NCBI GenBank assembly: GCA_038064975.1
Contig: JBBTRX010000006.1
Span: 79,154 to 143,153, forward strand
DNA: 64,000 nucleotides
Reading direction: 5' to 3'
DNA from: Patescibacteria group bacterium
GTDB lineage: Bacteria; Patescibacteriota; Minisyncoccia; UBA6257; 1-14-0-10-40-38
The notes beneath the pieces were generated by a model that was not told where the DNA came from, searched no databases, and was given only the letters and a program-made list of their open reading frames with translations. This document shows positions 35,890 through 45,355 of the stretch, piece after piece; positions within the stretch are counted from its first letter, which is position 1; each line of letters starts with the position of its first letter. Made by a program: the position numbers and the translations under genes.

Positions 35890-37158
35890 ATGAAGAAGTA
35901 TTTTCGCAATCACAAATTCATGCGCGTTCTTGCCGTTTGCGGCATAAGCATGGTTTTTGTTCTTTTTGGATTTTCTACACTCCATGCGCAGACTCCGGAC
36001 GATCTTAAAAAATCCATAGAGCAAAAAGCAAAAGAACTGCAGGAAGTGAATCAAAAGATCCAAGAAACCCAGCAAAGTCTTACGACAACTACGGCAAAAT
36101 CAAAAACATTAAACCAAGAGATTAAAAAGATTGATTATCAGATCAGTCAGCTTAATTTGGGTGTAAAATCCAGCGAATTGAAACTGGAAAAACTCAAGCT
36201 GGAAATTGATTCCATAAGTTATGAAATAGCGGAAAAAGAAGAGGAAATCTCTCTCAAAAAAGGAGCGATTACGGAATTTTTACGACAATTGCAGGAAAAG
36301 GATAAAGAAGGGGTATTACTTATCTTTTTGAAGAACCAAAGCCTTGCGGATAGCTTATTTGAGTCCGAAACTATCCGCCAGCTGAATAGCGAGCTATCCT
36401 ATGAGGTAACAGCACTCTTTAACGTTCGTGAAGCGCTCGCTGCGGCTAAAAGTTCTGCCGATCAAAAGAAAAACGATACTCAAATTGAAAACAAAGTTTT
36501 AATAAACAAGAAGACGATCGTTGAAGACCAAAAAGATAATAGGAAACAGCTCCTTACCGAGACTAAGAATCAGGAAAAACTTTACCAGGCGCAACTCACT
36601 GATCTTGAAAAGAAGCAGAGAGAGATTGGAGCGGAGATTGATAATATTGAAACCGAACTCCGCAAAAACTTTGATGATAGCTCATTACCAATTAAACGAC
36701 CCGGTGTTTTAGGTATTCCGATCTTGTCACCAATACTCACGCAGAGTTATGGCGCTACAACGTTCGCGCAAAAAGCATATTCGTCAAAATTTCATAACGG
36801 TCTTGATTTCGGAGCACCGATTGGAACTCCTATTATTGCGTCGCGCGAAGGAAAAATTATGACGGTAGGGAACAACGGGAAGTATCAGTACGGAAAATAT
36901 GTCGTTATTGAGCACGATAACGGCTTAAGCACGCTGTATGCCCATATGTCTAAACAGGTAGTAACCGGAGGTCAAACAGTCTCTCGCGGCGATATTATTG
37001 GATATATCGGTAATACCGGCTATTCCTTTGGAGCTCATCTTCATTTTACGGTGTATTGGACGCCAAGTTTATTATTAAAATCTTTGCCAGCATGCAATTG
37101 CGGCTTAGTTCCTGTCGGCGTGACGATCAATCCTATTGAATACATGGATAATATTTAA
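35890..37158 (+). CDS. M23-family peptidoglycan endopeptidase with N-terminal coiled coil (EnvC-like)
   Basis: Signal or TM anchor, a long coiled coil, and a C-terminal HNGLDFGAPIGTPI...YAHMS...GNTGYSFGAHLHF. Confidence 0.8.
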   Translation: MKKYFRNHKFMRVLAVCGISMVFVLFGFSTLHAQTPDDLKKSIEQKAKELQEVNQKIQETQQSLTTTTAKSKTLNQEIKKIDYQISQLNLGVKSSELKLEKLKLEIDSISYEIAEKEEEISLKKGAITEFLRQLQEKDKEGVLLIFLKNQSLADSLFESETIRQLNSELSYEVTALFNVREALAAAKSSADQKKNDTQIENKVLINKKTIVEDQKDNRKQLLTETKNQEKLYQAQLTDLEKKQREIGAEIDNIETELRKNFDDSSLPIKRPGVLGIPILSPILTQSYGATTFAQKAYSSKFHNGLDFGAPIGTPIIASREGKIMTVGNNGKYQYGKYVVIEHDNGLSTLYAHMSKQVVTGGQTVSRGDIIGYIGNTGYSFGAHLHFTVYWTPSLLLKSLPACNCGLVPVGVTINPIEYMDNI

Positions 37159-37208
37159 TGAATGATAGACAATAAGAACTAGCAACTTATAACTGATAAC
37201 TTACGACG

Positions 37209-37236
37209 AAAACGACCCATACGGGTCGTTTTTATG
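37209..37236 (+). terminator. intrinsic terminator after the M23 peptidase gene
   Basis: acgaccc-ata-cgggtcgt followed by tttta. Confidence 0.65.
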
Positions 37237-37562
37237 GATTATGAGGCCTAGGAGAGCCTTAGGACGTGTAAAACAGCCTGAAACATGTGAAACACAATCT
37301 AGGTAGAATCTAGTAGCTAGAATCTAAAAAATAGAAGTTCAGAGAGAGATAATAAATAAAGAAAATAACTCATAACGCACAGTGGAGATGTAGTAGAAAA
37401 ATAATTAATTACAGATAAATATATTAGGGAATAGAGGACAAACAGAATAAATTATTATCCATTGTACATTGTTTATTATTTACAGAATCAAACAATTCGA
37501 GAGTTAAATACTATATATGTCGTAAAAGGTATATTGTGCGACATATCTAAATAATAAGAAAC

Positions 37563-37597
37563 CGGCAGAAGGATTTACATCCCCTGCCGGATAGTAG
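37563..37597 (-). terminator. intrinsic terminator of minus-strand gene 37601..38095
   Basis: ccggcag...ctgccgg with a T-rich tract on the minus strand. Confidence 0.55.
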
Positions 37598-37600
37598 GCT

Positions 37601-38095
37601 TTACGCAAGACTGCTTGCGATATCGCCTACGGGTTGAGCTTTTTCGTCAATAACTGCGATTGTATCTCCTTTGGGAGCCCTTGAAAGTTCTACTGCAAAT
37701 CTTTTCCGCGACCGAGTCTCTTGAACAATACCAACCCATTTTTCTTCTGCCTTCGCAACGTCGAGGTCAAGATCCTCAGGAAGAAGACTCCCCGACCCGG
37801 GAATAGTACAGCCAGCAAGCACTTGATACGAAACTCCCTTTTCCAGTCTGGTAATAGAATCAAGTGTCCCTTTTTCTCTCTTTGTGGTGATAATATCTGT
37901 AAGTATTATCGAACCCGCAGCTGTTACAATTGCTAGTAGGGACCCGAAGAAAAAAATCATGCTACTTTCATCCGCAAAGATTCCGCTGATCAATGCGAAA
38001 ATAAGTGACAAAATAACAAGACCGGGTACTCGTAGCACATGACCTCCTTGCGGTTCGTGGGAAAGAGCAGAAAAACCTTCAATAACATATAGCAT
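37601..38095 (-). CDS. membrane protein with C-terminal soluble beta-rich domain (hypothetical, possibly NfeD-like)
   Basis: Three TM helices in the N-terminal 100 aa, then a soluble tail. No confident family assignment. Confidence 0.4.
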   Translation of the reverse strand: MLYVIEGFSALSHEPQGGHVLRVPGLVILSLIFALISGIFADESSMIFFFGSLLAIVTAAGSIILTDIITTKREKGTLDSITRLEKGVSYQVLAGCTIPGSGSLLPEDLDLDVAKAEEKWVGIVQETRSRKRFAVELSRAPKGDTIAVIDEKAQPVGDIASSLA

Positions 38096-38155
38096 GCATT
38101 CATAGGAAACGTCAAATATGAATTGTTATAAGTTGTTTCTATTTTAAGTGGTATA

Positions 38156-38941
38156 ATGTCTTTTAATATGGATTGGTTTAAAGATGAAAAAGAATTTATG
38201 GAAGCGTGCGGATACGATATCGACGGCAAGTGGTATCCCCGCGTGACAAAGATTATCTCTATTAAGGCAAAACCCGCGCTCTATAGATATTACGGCGAGG
38301 CTGCGAGCTATAAGGCGGCGCAAGAAAGCACTCAAAAGTCCGCCGAAGAAGGAACCCTTATGCATGAAGTGGTTCAAAAAATAATGGTCGGGGAAAGCCC
38401 TGAAGTCCCCCCTTCTATCGCTCCGGCAGTTAAAGAGACAATTGATATATTGGAACGCCGCAACATCCAAATAGATCCGGAATCCATTGAGCGCCGTATC
38501 GTTAACTTTAATGAGCGCTATGCCGGCACAATAGACGCTACGGCCCTTATTGACGGCCGATTTGGAGTTCTAGACATCAAGACCTCACAAGCGATATATA
38601 GAGATTATAATTTGCAGACTTCGGCGTATATGGACCCTTTGAGCCGTGAGCGCGCTCACGTGCAAAGCCGATGGATATTGCGTATTGATCAGAATCAGAT
38701 ATGTAATCGCTGCAGTGCTACGCTCCGAACAAAAGGAGGAAGGGCAAAGCTAAAAAAAGCATATGGTAATGGCAAACGGGCATGTCCTGACGAAAGCCAT
38801 GAATGGTCCGAAATGCGTGGAGTTGTAGAACTAAAAGAATTCCCCTACTGGAAAACAGATTATGAGGCATTTCTTTCGGCAAAAAAATTGTGGGAGTGGG
38901 AAAATGATTATTGGCTAAGAAGGATTGGATATCTAAGTTAA
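38156..38941 (+). CDS. PD-(D/E)XK nuclease superfamily protein (RecB/Cas4-like exonuclease fold) with Cys4 insertion
   Basis: YPRVTKIIS, LMHEVVQK and GTIDATALIDGRFGVLDIKTS give a D..D-I-K catalytic motif. CNRC...CPDESH forms a zinc ribbon. Confidence 0.55.
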   Translation: MSFNMDWFKDEKEFMEACGYDIDGKWYPRVTKIISIKAKPALYRYYGEAASYKAAQESTQKSAEEGTLMHEVVQKIMVGESPEVPPSIAPAVKETIDILERRNIQIDPESIERRIVNFNERYAGTIDATALIDGRFGVLDIKTSQAIYRDYNLQTSAYMDPLSRERAHVQSRWILRIDQNQICNRCSATLRTKGGRAKLKKAYGNGKRACPDESHEWSEMRGVVELKEFPYWKTDYEAFLSAKKLWEWENDYWLRRIGYLS

Positions 38942-38974
38942 ATTTAACTTAATTATTTTTCGCATCAGCATAAA

Positions 38975-39300
38975 AAAAGACCCCAGCTCTCGTAGAACGA
39001 GATCAGGGGTGGAGGAACCAGCGAAAGCATTCTGGGATGTCGGTCTCTCAAAGCTTTAGCTCAAACAACTAGGAAACGTGGGGAAGAGTGACCACGTCAG
39101 ACCCGGAAAGAGGAAGTCCGGTTCTTAGTTGAAGCACCGAGCAAAGAGAGAACTGTGCAATTCCTTTCACTTCTTTGAGCGAGAGATTTTACACAGCCCA
39201 TCCGACTAACGCCAGCGCTTTCGCCGGTCACGGAAACAAGAAACTGGCAAAAGGGAAAAACCCGCGACAGGACACGCGTCATCCACTAAAGCCAAGTACA
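38975..39300 (-). ncRNA. candidate stand-alone noncoding RNA of about 325 nt (unknown family)
   Basis: Bounded by a TTGACA-16-TAATAT promoter (39306..39333) and a terminator (38975..39012: cccctgatctcg...cgagagctgggg followed by UCUUUUUUU). There is no convincing ORF or RBS. It contains a GACCCGGAAAGAGGAAGUCCGG hairpin. Confidence 0.3.
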
Positions 39301-39305
39301 ATATG

Positions 39306-39333
39306 TGCTGCCGTAATATTACCTTCTCACGCT
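39306..39333 (-). promoter_or_regulatory. sigma70-type promoter of the candidate ncRNA
   Basis: On the minus strand: TTGACA, 16 nt, then TAATAT. Confidence 0.45.
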
Positions 39334-39409
39334 ACGATGTCAAGGGGTAGATGTATTCCCATAATTAGTTATGGTTATACACAATAAATACTGTTCTAAG
39401 CTTCTACTC

Positions 39410-40078
39410 TTAAAAATGAAAAATTTGTGAAAGCTCTCCCCCCTGAAGTACTACCTTTTGTTTAGGTTCGAAAATATGATATGAAAATTGGTCAATAAAA
39501 TCTTCGTTTTTAACGCGAACCGCTTTAAAATTCTTAAATGATTGGGCGGCGGTGTCAAAAACCTCTCTTGCCCGAAAGGGAGTATTCGCGCTCGTTACGA
39601 GGCGCATATTCATAGCACTCCCCCGCTTTTCCGGCTTGGATATGACTTGAAATGAAGCGGATTCTCCCAAAAGTTCTACCGTAGAAAGTTCTTTTGCCAT
39701 GCGCGAAAATGCTGTCATTTCTCCCGATGCCTCTGTAGTTTTATTTTTAGGCACAAGATAACCTGCTTCCACGGCATGACCCACAGAAAAAAGATTGTAG
39801 TCGTGCATGGCATACATCTCCGTTCCGGGCAGAGCTTTTTTAAGATTATGTTCTATGAGCGGGTACACAGAAATAGGCATGGCCATATACCATGCGATTT
39901 CTTTACCAAAATTATGAACTGCTGCTTCTAACGTGAATGGAATTCGCGAGCGTTCTAGAGTGTCGTAGAACTCCGCGGCTTTCCCCGGATACCCCATTCT
40001 AAACACAGTTGGAGTTTTAACGGTAAAAAGTTGGACGCGTTCAAGGTGTCGTGAAAAATACTGAAATGGGTTTTGCAT
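39410..40078 (-). CDS. hypothetical protein (222 aa)
   Basis: Clean ORF with normal composition. No family recognised. Confidence 0.5.
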   Translation of the reverse strand: MQNPFQYFSRHLERVQLFTVKTPTVFRMGYPGKAAEFYDTLERSRIPFTLEAAVHNFGKEIAWYMAMPISVYPLIEHNLKKALPGTEMYAMHDYNLFSVGHAVEAGYLVPKNKTTEASGEMTAFSRMAKELSTVELLGESASFQVISKPEKRGSAMNMRLVTSANTPFRAREVFDTAAQSFKNFKAVRVKNEDFIDQFSYHIFEPKQKVVLQGGELSQIFHF

Positions 40079-40088
40079 TATAGAGACG

Positions 40089-41087
40089 CTATGCTGAATG
40101 CTTTATCAGTATAACATCTCCATCTTTCATGCGATATTCTTTTCCCTCGGTGTGGATAAGTCCTTTGCGTTGCGCCTGCGTCCATCCGCCCGCGTGAAGT
40201 AAAACATTCCATGCCACGACATCCGCGCGAATAAATTTCTTTTCAAAATCAGAATGAATAGCTCCGGCAGCCTGTGGCGCGGTAGATCCATCCACGATAA
40301 TCCAACTGCGCGTTTCTTCCGGTCCTGTCGTAAAAAAACTAATAAGGCCGAGCTCCCGATACGCAGCCTTTACCAACTCCCCGATATCAGTATCTGATCC
40401 GAGATCCGCGATAATACTCGCTCCCCCTAGGGAGGTAATAGCGCTCTTTAATGCCTCTGGCACATGGCTCTCTTTTCCGTTCAAAAGATAAATCTGTTTT
40501 TTTGCCGTTAGAAGCTGAAGTTCTTTAATAAGCGGTTCGTTAGCAAAAGCAATCACAAGCTTACCTTTCAAAAGTTCTTCCCGAACCTGATTTCCAACCT
40601 CAAGATTTTTTTTAGCATCCTTATCTCCCGATCGAGCCTCCGCTTCAAGTTTTTTTATACGCTTCTCAAGAATATCTAAATCCTTCAAAATAAGCTCCGT
40701 GTTAATAATTTCCATGTCCCGAAGCGGATCAATAGATTCTTCCACATGGATAATAGACTCATCGGAAAAGCACCGCAAAACCTGGACAATGATTTGAGTT
40801 TCGCGGATATGCGTCAAAAATTGATTACCTAATCCTTCTCCCTTATTTGCTCCCCGCACGAGTCCGGCTATGTCATAGAACTCAACAACCGCAGGGATTT
40901 TCTTCGCCGATTCAGAAAGTTTAGCAAGGTTGTCTACGCGTTCATCCGGAACAGGAACAATACCTACATTAGGATCAATAGTGCAGAAAGGATAGTTCGC
41001 GATATTTACATCATTATTAGTGATGAGATGGAAGAGCGTTGATTTGCCGACATTCGGGAGACCAACAATGCCTACGGAAAGTTTCAT
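40089..41087 (-). CDS. ychF: ribosome-binding ATPase YchF
   Basis: MKLSVGIVGLPNVGKSTLF, ANYPFCTIDPNVG and a C-terminal TGS domain (FFTTGPEETRSW...GKEYRMKDGDVI). The 95 codons upstream in the ORF are not conserved and were treated as spurious. Confidence 0.85.
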   Translation of the reverse strand: MKLSVGIVGLPNVGKSTLFHLITNNDVNIANYPFCTIDPNVGIVPVPDERVDNLAKLSESAKKIPAVVEFYDIAGLVRGANKGEGLGNQFLTHIRETQIIVQVLRCFSDESIIHVEESIDPLRDMEIINTELILKDLDILEKRIKKLEAEARSGDKDAKKNLEVGNQVREELLKGKLVIAFANEPLIKELQLLTAKKQIYLLNGKESHVPEALKSAITSLGGASIIADLGSDTDIGELVKAAYRELGLISFFTTGPEETRSWIIVDGSTAPQAAGAIHSDFEKKFIRADVVAWNVLLHAGGWTQAQRKGLIHTEGKEYRMKDGDVILIKHSA

Positions 41088-41116
41088 ATTCAAAATAGTA
41101 TACTTTGATTTACTAT

Positions 41117-41157
41117 AAAAAAGAAGAGCCCCACGGCAACCGAAGTTGCCGTGGGGC
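41117..41157 (-). terminator. intrinsic terminator (perfect 13-bp stem) of the upstream minus-strand operon
   Basis: gccccacggcaac-cgaa-gttgccgtggggc with a U-tract on the minus strand. Confidence 0.7.
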
Positions 41158-41376
41158 GGGAGTCTTTGAAATCGTCGTTGCTCGAGGAGCGATCGTCTCA
41201 CTGGCTTCCATATCGAGAAGAAGTCGAAGGATAGGGAGCGCCGTCTGATCGAGGAACTAGAGTTCCTCGAAATCAGCTCGATGTGTTCGCGGAGGGTGTA
41301 AGGAGTACGAAGAGGTGGCGTAGTTTTTCCCCCACAAGCGACAGAGAAGAGAGCGAAATGAACCTCAAGCACTATC

Positions 41377-41790
41377 TTACCTCTTTTGTGCTCTCTTCGC
41401 TTTCAATGACTCGCTTTCCCCATTATGTATCATGTTTAAATTAATGTCAAGCTCCTCAAGAATATCTTGCGGTATAGGAATAGCATTTCCTGGCTTTGAA
41501 ATTCCCGGATAGCGCCACGCGGAAATCATGAGAACTTTCCCTGCTTTTGACTGAAAACGATCTGCTTTTTTCTTAGGCATAAACATAACCCAAATTTCTT
41601 CGGGATTTTTTCTCTGTTTGCTTTTCTGCATTACCGCGGAAGTTTGCTCGGCCACGCCTTCCTCTAAGCGATCGGGAGACTTCATAACTCTCCGTATTCG
41701 CTGTTCACTAAGCCCATAGAAGAGCATTTTATTTTTAATATGCCGTGTCCACGCAAACTGCCGGTCGTCCTTGGGAAAAGAAAATCTCAC
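41377..41790 (-). CDS. hypothetical protein (137 aa)
   Basis: ORF only. Confidence 0.45.
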   Translation of the reverse strand: MRFSFPKDDRQFAWTRHIKNKMLFYGLSEQRIRRVMKSPDRLEEGVAEQTSAVMQKSKQRKNPEEIWVMFMPKKKADRFQSKAGKVLMISAWRYPGISKPGNAIPIPQDILEELDINLNMIHNGESESLKAKRAQKR

Positions 41791-41795
41791 GATAA

Positions 41796-42575
41796 TTAGA
41801 GTTCTTTTACGTAGAGTTTGCCTTCTACCCTGCCATCAATATATTGGATACGATTCGCTTTTGTTTGATTAAAAACTTTTTCCATAGCGGCGAGTGTTTC
41901 CTGAGGATCAAAACGAAGACTGAATAATAAACTTTTTCCTCCCGGAAGAGTGGCTGTTACTTCGTATGAACTTCTCTCTACAAGAAAAGCCGTGGTCGCG
42001 ATCTGCATCTCCCCTACTCCATGAACAATATCTCGTAAACGAACATATTCTTCGCTAGGTAAAATAATTCTGCCGAGACCGAGATTTGCATCCTCCTTAT
42101 CAAGGATTTTAGGGATTAATCCACCATCAGGAACAAGTGCTTCTTCAAAGGCAAACCCATGCCCCTCGTCAATCCAAAGACAGGATTTTAAAGACTCATC
42201 ACACCATACTGCGAAAAGACTGTATTCCGTTATATTAATAGTTACCGTACGTCGGATCCAATTTTTAGTTATAGAAGCTTCTTTAAAGAAAGGCAAACTG
42301 ATTGTTCCCTTTTTCCAAAACAACATATTTTCAGGACCCACAAGATTCAAAAAACTGTCATCCACCATTTGAGCGCGAATATTTGTCATCACGATATCAG
42401 CATTCCCTGAAAACTCACGCAGAGTAACATCAGTCACCCGAAAGAAACCCGATTCACGAATAAAAAAGATGAATGCTACGCCAGCGAGCACTAAACAACA
42501 AAACACGATATATGTCATAGCGCGTTTTTTAAAGCCTCGCTTCAGCCGTAAAAGATGCATTGAGGAGGGCTGCAT
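41796..42575 (-). CDS. FtsQ/DivIB-like cell division protein (TM plus POTRA)
   Basis: Single TM near the N-terminus followed by a POTRA-like beta-alpha domain. Adjacent to alr. Confidence 0.45.
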   Translation of the reverse strand: MQPSSMHLLRLKRGFKKRAMTYIVFCCLVLAGVAFIFFIRESGFFRVTDVTLREFSGNADIVMTNIRAQMVDDSFLNLVGPENMLFWKKGTISLPFFKEASITKNWIRRTVTINITEYSLFAVWCDESLKSCLWIDEGHGFAFEEALVPDGGLIPKILDKEDANLGLGRIILPSEEYVRLRDIVHGVGEMQIATTAFLVERSSYEVTATLPGGKSLLFSLRFDPQETLAAMEKVFNQTKANRIQYIDGRVEGKLYVKEL

Positions 42576-42585
42576 ATGAAAAAAA

Positions 42586-43731
42586 TTATACTACGACGCG
42601 CAAAATAAGGGGGTTAATGCACGTTACTACTTCATAATGAGTGGTGCCCATTTTTTCGGCCAAAGATTCCGCACGAATTTCTTCCTTACCCTGTTTTCCG
42701 ATAAGCGTCGCAATATCTCCTGGTTTGCAAGAAATCCCAGTCACATCTAAGGTCACGAGATCCATAGAAACCCGTCCAATAACGCGGGCGTATTTACCGT
42801 TTACAAGAGCTTGTCCGGTATGCGAAAGCTTCCTATTAAAGCCATGCCAATATCCAATAGGAAGAATTGCGATATCCGTAGGTCTTATAGTACGTTCCGC
42901 AAGGTCATATCCTATAAATGAACCCTTAGGGATATGCTTTGTCTCACTAATAACAGCATGCCATGAGAGAACTGGCCGCAAATCAAATTGCTCGCCGAGC
43001 TGTGCCTCAAGTTCCTTTGAAGGCCACATCCCATAGAGTCCAATACCGACACGAATAGCATCCCGATGATATTCAGAGGAAACCATCATTCCTCCCGTAG
43101 CGGCAAGATGTTCTAAAATCTTTTGCTTTACCCCACCTTTACGAAGATTTTCTATAGCCGTATCAAACGCGATAACCTGCATGTCAGTGAATGTTGGATA
43201 ATTAATGTCCTTAGCCGCCGCAAAGTGAGTAAATATTCCGGAGAGCATTGCCTGAAATTCTTCACCTGCTTTTACAATAGTTTCTCCTACTTTTTTCATA
43301 TCGCCGGGATCAAAACCCTGGCGATGCATGCCGGTATCAATCTTGAGTTGAAACGGAACTTTTAGCTTTGTCGCTATCAAACGCTCTAATGCTTCGTGCG
43401 AAGAAATAGAAAGCTGGAGATTATATTCCGCAGCAGCCTCAATAAGATCTTGAGTAAGAGTAGGGCCGATGACAAGAATATTTTTAACGATTTTGCCATC
43501 ACGTAATTTTACTCCTTCAATAACGCTATCTACACAAAAACCATCTACACCCGCCTGCTCCGCGATTTGAGAAAACTGGAGCAAGCCGTGGCCATACGCG
43601 TTAGACTTTACTACTGCGAATAACTGCGTTGTCGGACGAAGCTTTGATTTGATTAGCCTTATGTTATGCTCGGCATTCGCCCGATTAATCTCAATCCAAA
43701 CTTTTTTCTGAAAGTTTTGAGTTTTATTCAT
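42586..43731 (-). CDS. alr: alanine racemase
   Basis: PLP-lysine motif AVVKSNAYGHG and a C-terminal beta domain. Confidence 0.85.
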   Translation of the reverse strand: MNKTQNFQKKVWIEINRANAEHNIRLIKSKLRPTTQLFAVVKSNAYGHGLLQFSQIAEQAGVDGFCVDSVIEGVKLRDGKIVKNILVIGPTLTQDLIEAAAEYNLQLSISSHEALERLIATKLKVPFQLKIDTGMHRQGFDPGDMKKVGETIVKAGEEFQAMLSGIFTHFAAAKDINYPTFTDMQVIAFDTAIENLRKGGVKQKILEHLAATGGMMVSSEYHRDAIRVGIGLYGMWPSKELEAQLGEQFDLRPVLSWHAVISETKHIPKGSFIGYDLAERTIRPTDIAILPIGYWHGFNRKLSHTGQALVNGKYARVIGRVSMDLVTLDVTGISCKPGDIATLIGKQGKEEIRAESLAEKMGTTHYEVVTCINPLILRVVV

Positions 43732-44954
43732 CTTCGTATTACATCAAAGCCGGTATACGATCGGAGGGCTTTAGGAATCGTGACTGATCCGTCAGATTGG
43801 GAATGATTTTCCAAAATCGCGATAATAATTCTACCAATTGCAATTGCAGTCGCATTCAACATATGGACGTATGCTGGCTTGCCATCCGCAGCACGATATT
43901 TCGTTCCAATACCGCGAGCTTGGTAGTCCCCCGTATTTGAAGCGGAATTTGTTTCCCTATACCTGTTCTCACTAGGCATCCAAGTTTCAAGATCAAATTG
44001 CCGTATATCACCGAACCCCATATCCCCCGTCACAACCTCCACCACTCTATAAGGCAGTTCTAGTCCCTGTAACAACGATTCTTGGAGCGCTACGAGCCCT
44101 CCATGCTCCTTATCAGACTCCTCGGGCTTTACGAAGGCAAATAACTCAACCTTATCAAACTGGTGAACACGAAGAATGCCACGAGTATCTTTACCATACG
44201 ATCCCGCCTCTCTCCTAAAACACGTAGAAAAGCCGACATATTTTTTCGGCATATCATTGTCATCAAAAACCTCATCCGCATGCATTGGCCCAATCGTGTG
44301 CTCAGAACTCCCCGCAAGGTAAAGATTATCTTTTTCTAAAAAGAAAGCGTCTTCGTCTTTGATAAATTTTTGTTTACCCATACCCACAAGCATTTCAGGC
44401 TTAACGAGTACCGGCGGGACAACGGGGATAAATCCCTTCGCCATGGCCATATCTAAAGCGTAACGGACAAGAGCGAATTCAAGAATAACAGCTTCGTTTT
44501 TTAAATAGCCAAATCGGCTTCCCGCAACTTTTCCGGCACGGTTGATATCAATAAGATCCATCCGTTCCGCTATCTCAAGATAATCCGCTTTCTTAGCATT
44601 TGGTTCTCCGTGTACGCGAATGACAACATTGTCCACTTCAGATTTTCCAATAGGAGCGGATTCAGAAGGAATATTGGGTAATTCTTTAAGCCGAGTATTT
44701 CGTTCCACCGTGAGCGTACGAAGAGCTTCTTCTCCTGTTTTTATTTTAATTTTAACGGCTTTTGCAGCTTCAATATTTCTTTCCTTGCTTAAACGGTTTA
44801 ATTCCGCACGCAACGTATCAACTTCGTTTATAACCTCCCGCCACGCGTTATCAACGCGCAAAAAAGCTTCCGCAAGATCGGAGTCCATGTTCCGATTTTT
44901 AAGGGCGCTTTTTAATGCTTCTGGATTTTCGCGGATACGCTGTGGATCAAGCAT
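43728..44954 (-). CDS. serS: serine--tRNA ligase
   Basis: N-terminal coiled-coil arm and class II motifs 1-3. Confidence 0.9.
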   Translation of the reverse strand: MLDPQRIRENPEALKSALKNRNMDSDLAEAFLRVDNAWREVINEVDTLRAELNRLSKERNIEAAKAVKIKIKTGEEALRTLTVERNTRLKELPNIPSESAPIGKSEVDNVVIRVHGEPNAKKADYLEIAERMDLIDINRAGKVAGSRFGYLKNEAVILEFALVRYALDMAMAKGFIPVVPPVLVKPEMLVGMGKQKFIKDEDAFFLEKDNLYLAGSSEHTIGPMHADEVFDDNDMPKKYVGFSTCFRREAGSYGKDTRGILRVHQFDKVELFAFVKPEESDKEHGGLVALQESLLQGLELPYRVVEVVTGDMGFGDIRQFDLETWMPSENRYRETNSASNTGDYQARGIGTKYRAADGKPAYVHMLNATAIAIGRIIIAILENHSQSDGSVTIPKALRSYTGFDVIRR

Positions 44955-44957
44955 AGT

Positions 44958-45350
44958 TTATGGATTGTGGTGTTGATTTTTTTCGCTCGCCGTAAGCACT
45001 ACAATTTCGGGATGGATTCCAGCATAAGGAATAGCATCTCTAATTTCTTGTTCAAGAATACTCTGATTCGCGGCGCACGTGATAACATCCGGCTTATATT
45101 GCTTAATGAGTTGTATCGGTGGCATATCAACATTACCAATAACCACCTTCACAACACCGTCATTCTTTTTAAGTTCCTCAAAGCGGAGAGCGAGATTAGC
45201 GTGCGGCAGGCGTCCCAATAAATGCTCCACAACATGATCCTGAGCTACGACGACAATAAGCTCATCGCCATGTTCCCGTGCTTCAGTAATAAGAGCTTTA
45301 TGCTCCTCATGCTCGCCGTCAAAAATACCGAAAAGAAGTACGCGTCTCAT
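44958..45350 (-). CDS. HIGH-superfamily nucleotidyltransferase (cytidylyltransferase-like) domain protein
   Basis: LLFGIFDGEHEEH is a variant of the (T/H)xGH motif. Rossmann-like, 130 aa. Confidence 0.4.
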   Translation of the reverse strand: MRRVLLFGIFDGEHEEHKALITEAREHGDELIVVVAQDHVVEHLLGRLPHANLALRFEELKKNDGVVKVVIGNVDMPPIQLIKQYKPDVITCAANQSILEQEIRDAIPYAGIHPEIVVLTASEKNQHHNP

Positions 45351-45355
45351 GACAG

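Noticed and set aside
38990-39020. Minus-strand ...GGUUCCUCCACCCC reminiscent of a tmRNA 3' end (CUCCACCA)
   Set aside because: No T-loop GGUUCGAnUCC, no GGGG 5' end and no tag-peptide reading frame ending in ALAA-type residues.
39096-39112. Plus-strand GAGGAAGUCCGGUUC resembling the RNase P RNA P4 motif GAGGAAAGUCCGGGCUC
   Set aside because: No matching 3' P4 partner (CCGGAC or ACAGAACCCGGCUUA-like) and no GGUAAGAGCGCACC-type motifs on either strand. The only promoter and terminator bracket the opposite strand.
41193-41205. 13-mer gctcgaggagcga shared with 49522..49534 as a possible dispersed repeat
   Set aside because: A single exact 13-mer match is expected by chance many times in 64 kb over both strands. 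No extended similarity around it.
40089-41372. 427-aa ORF for the YchF GTPase
   Set aside because: The N-terminal 95 codons (MLEVHFALFSVACGG...) are not YchF-like and run across a strong terminator hairpin. The gene most likely starts at the conserved MKLSVGIVG (41087).
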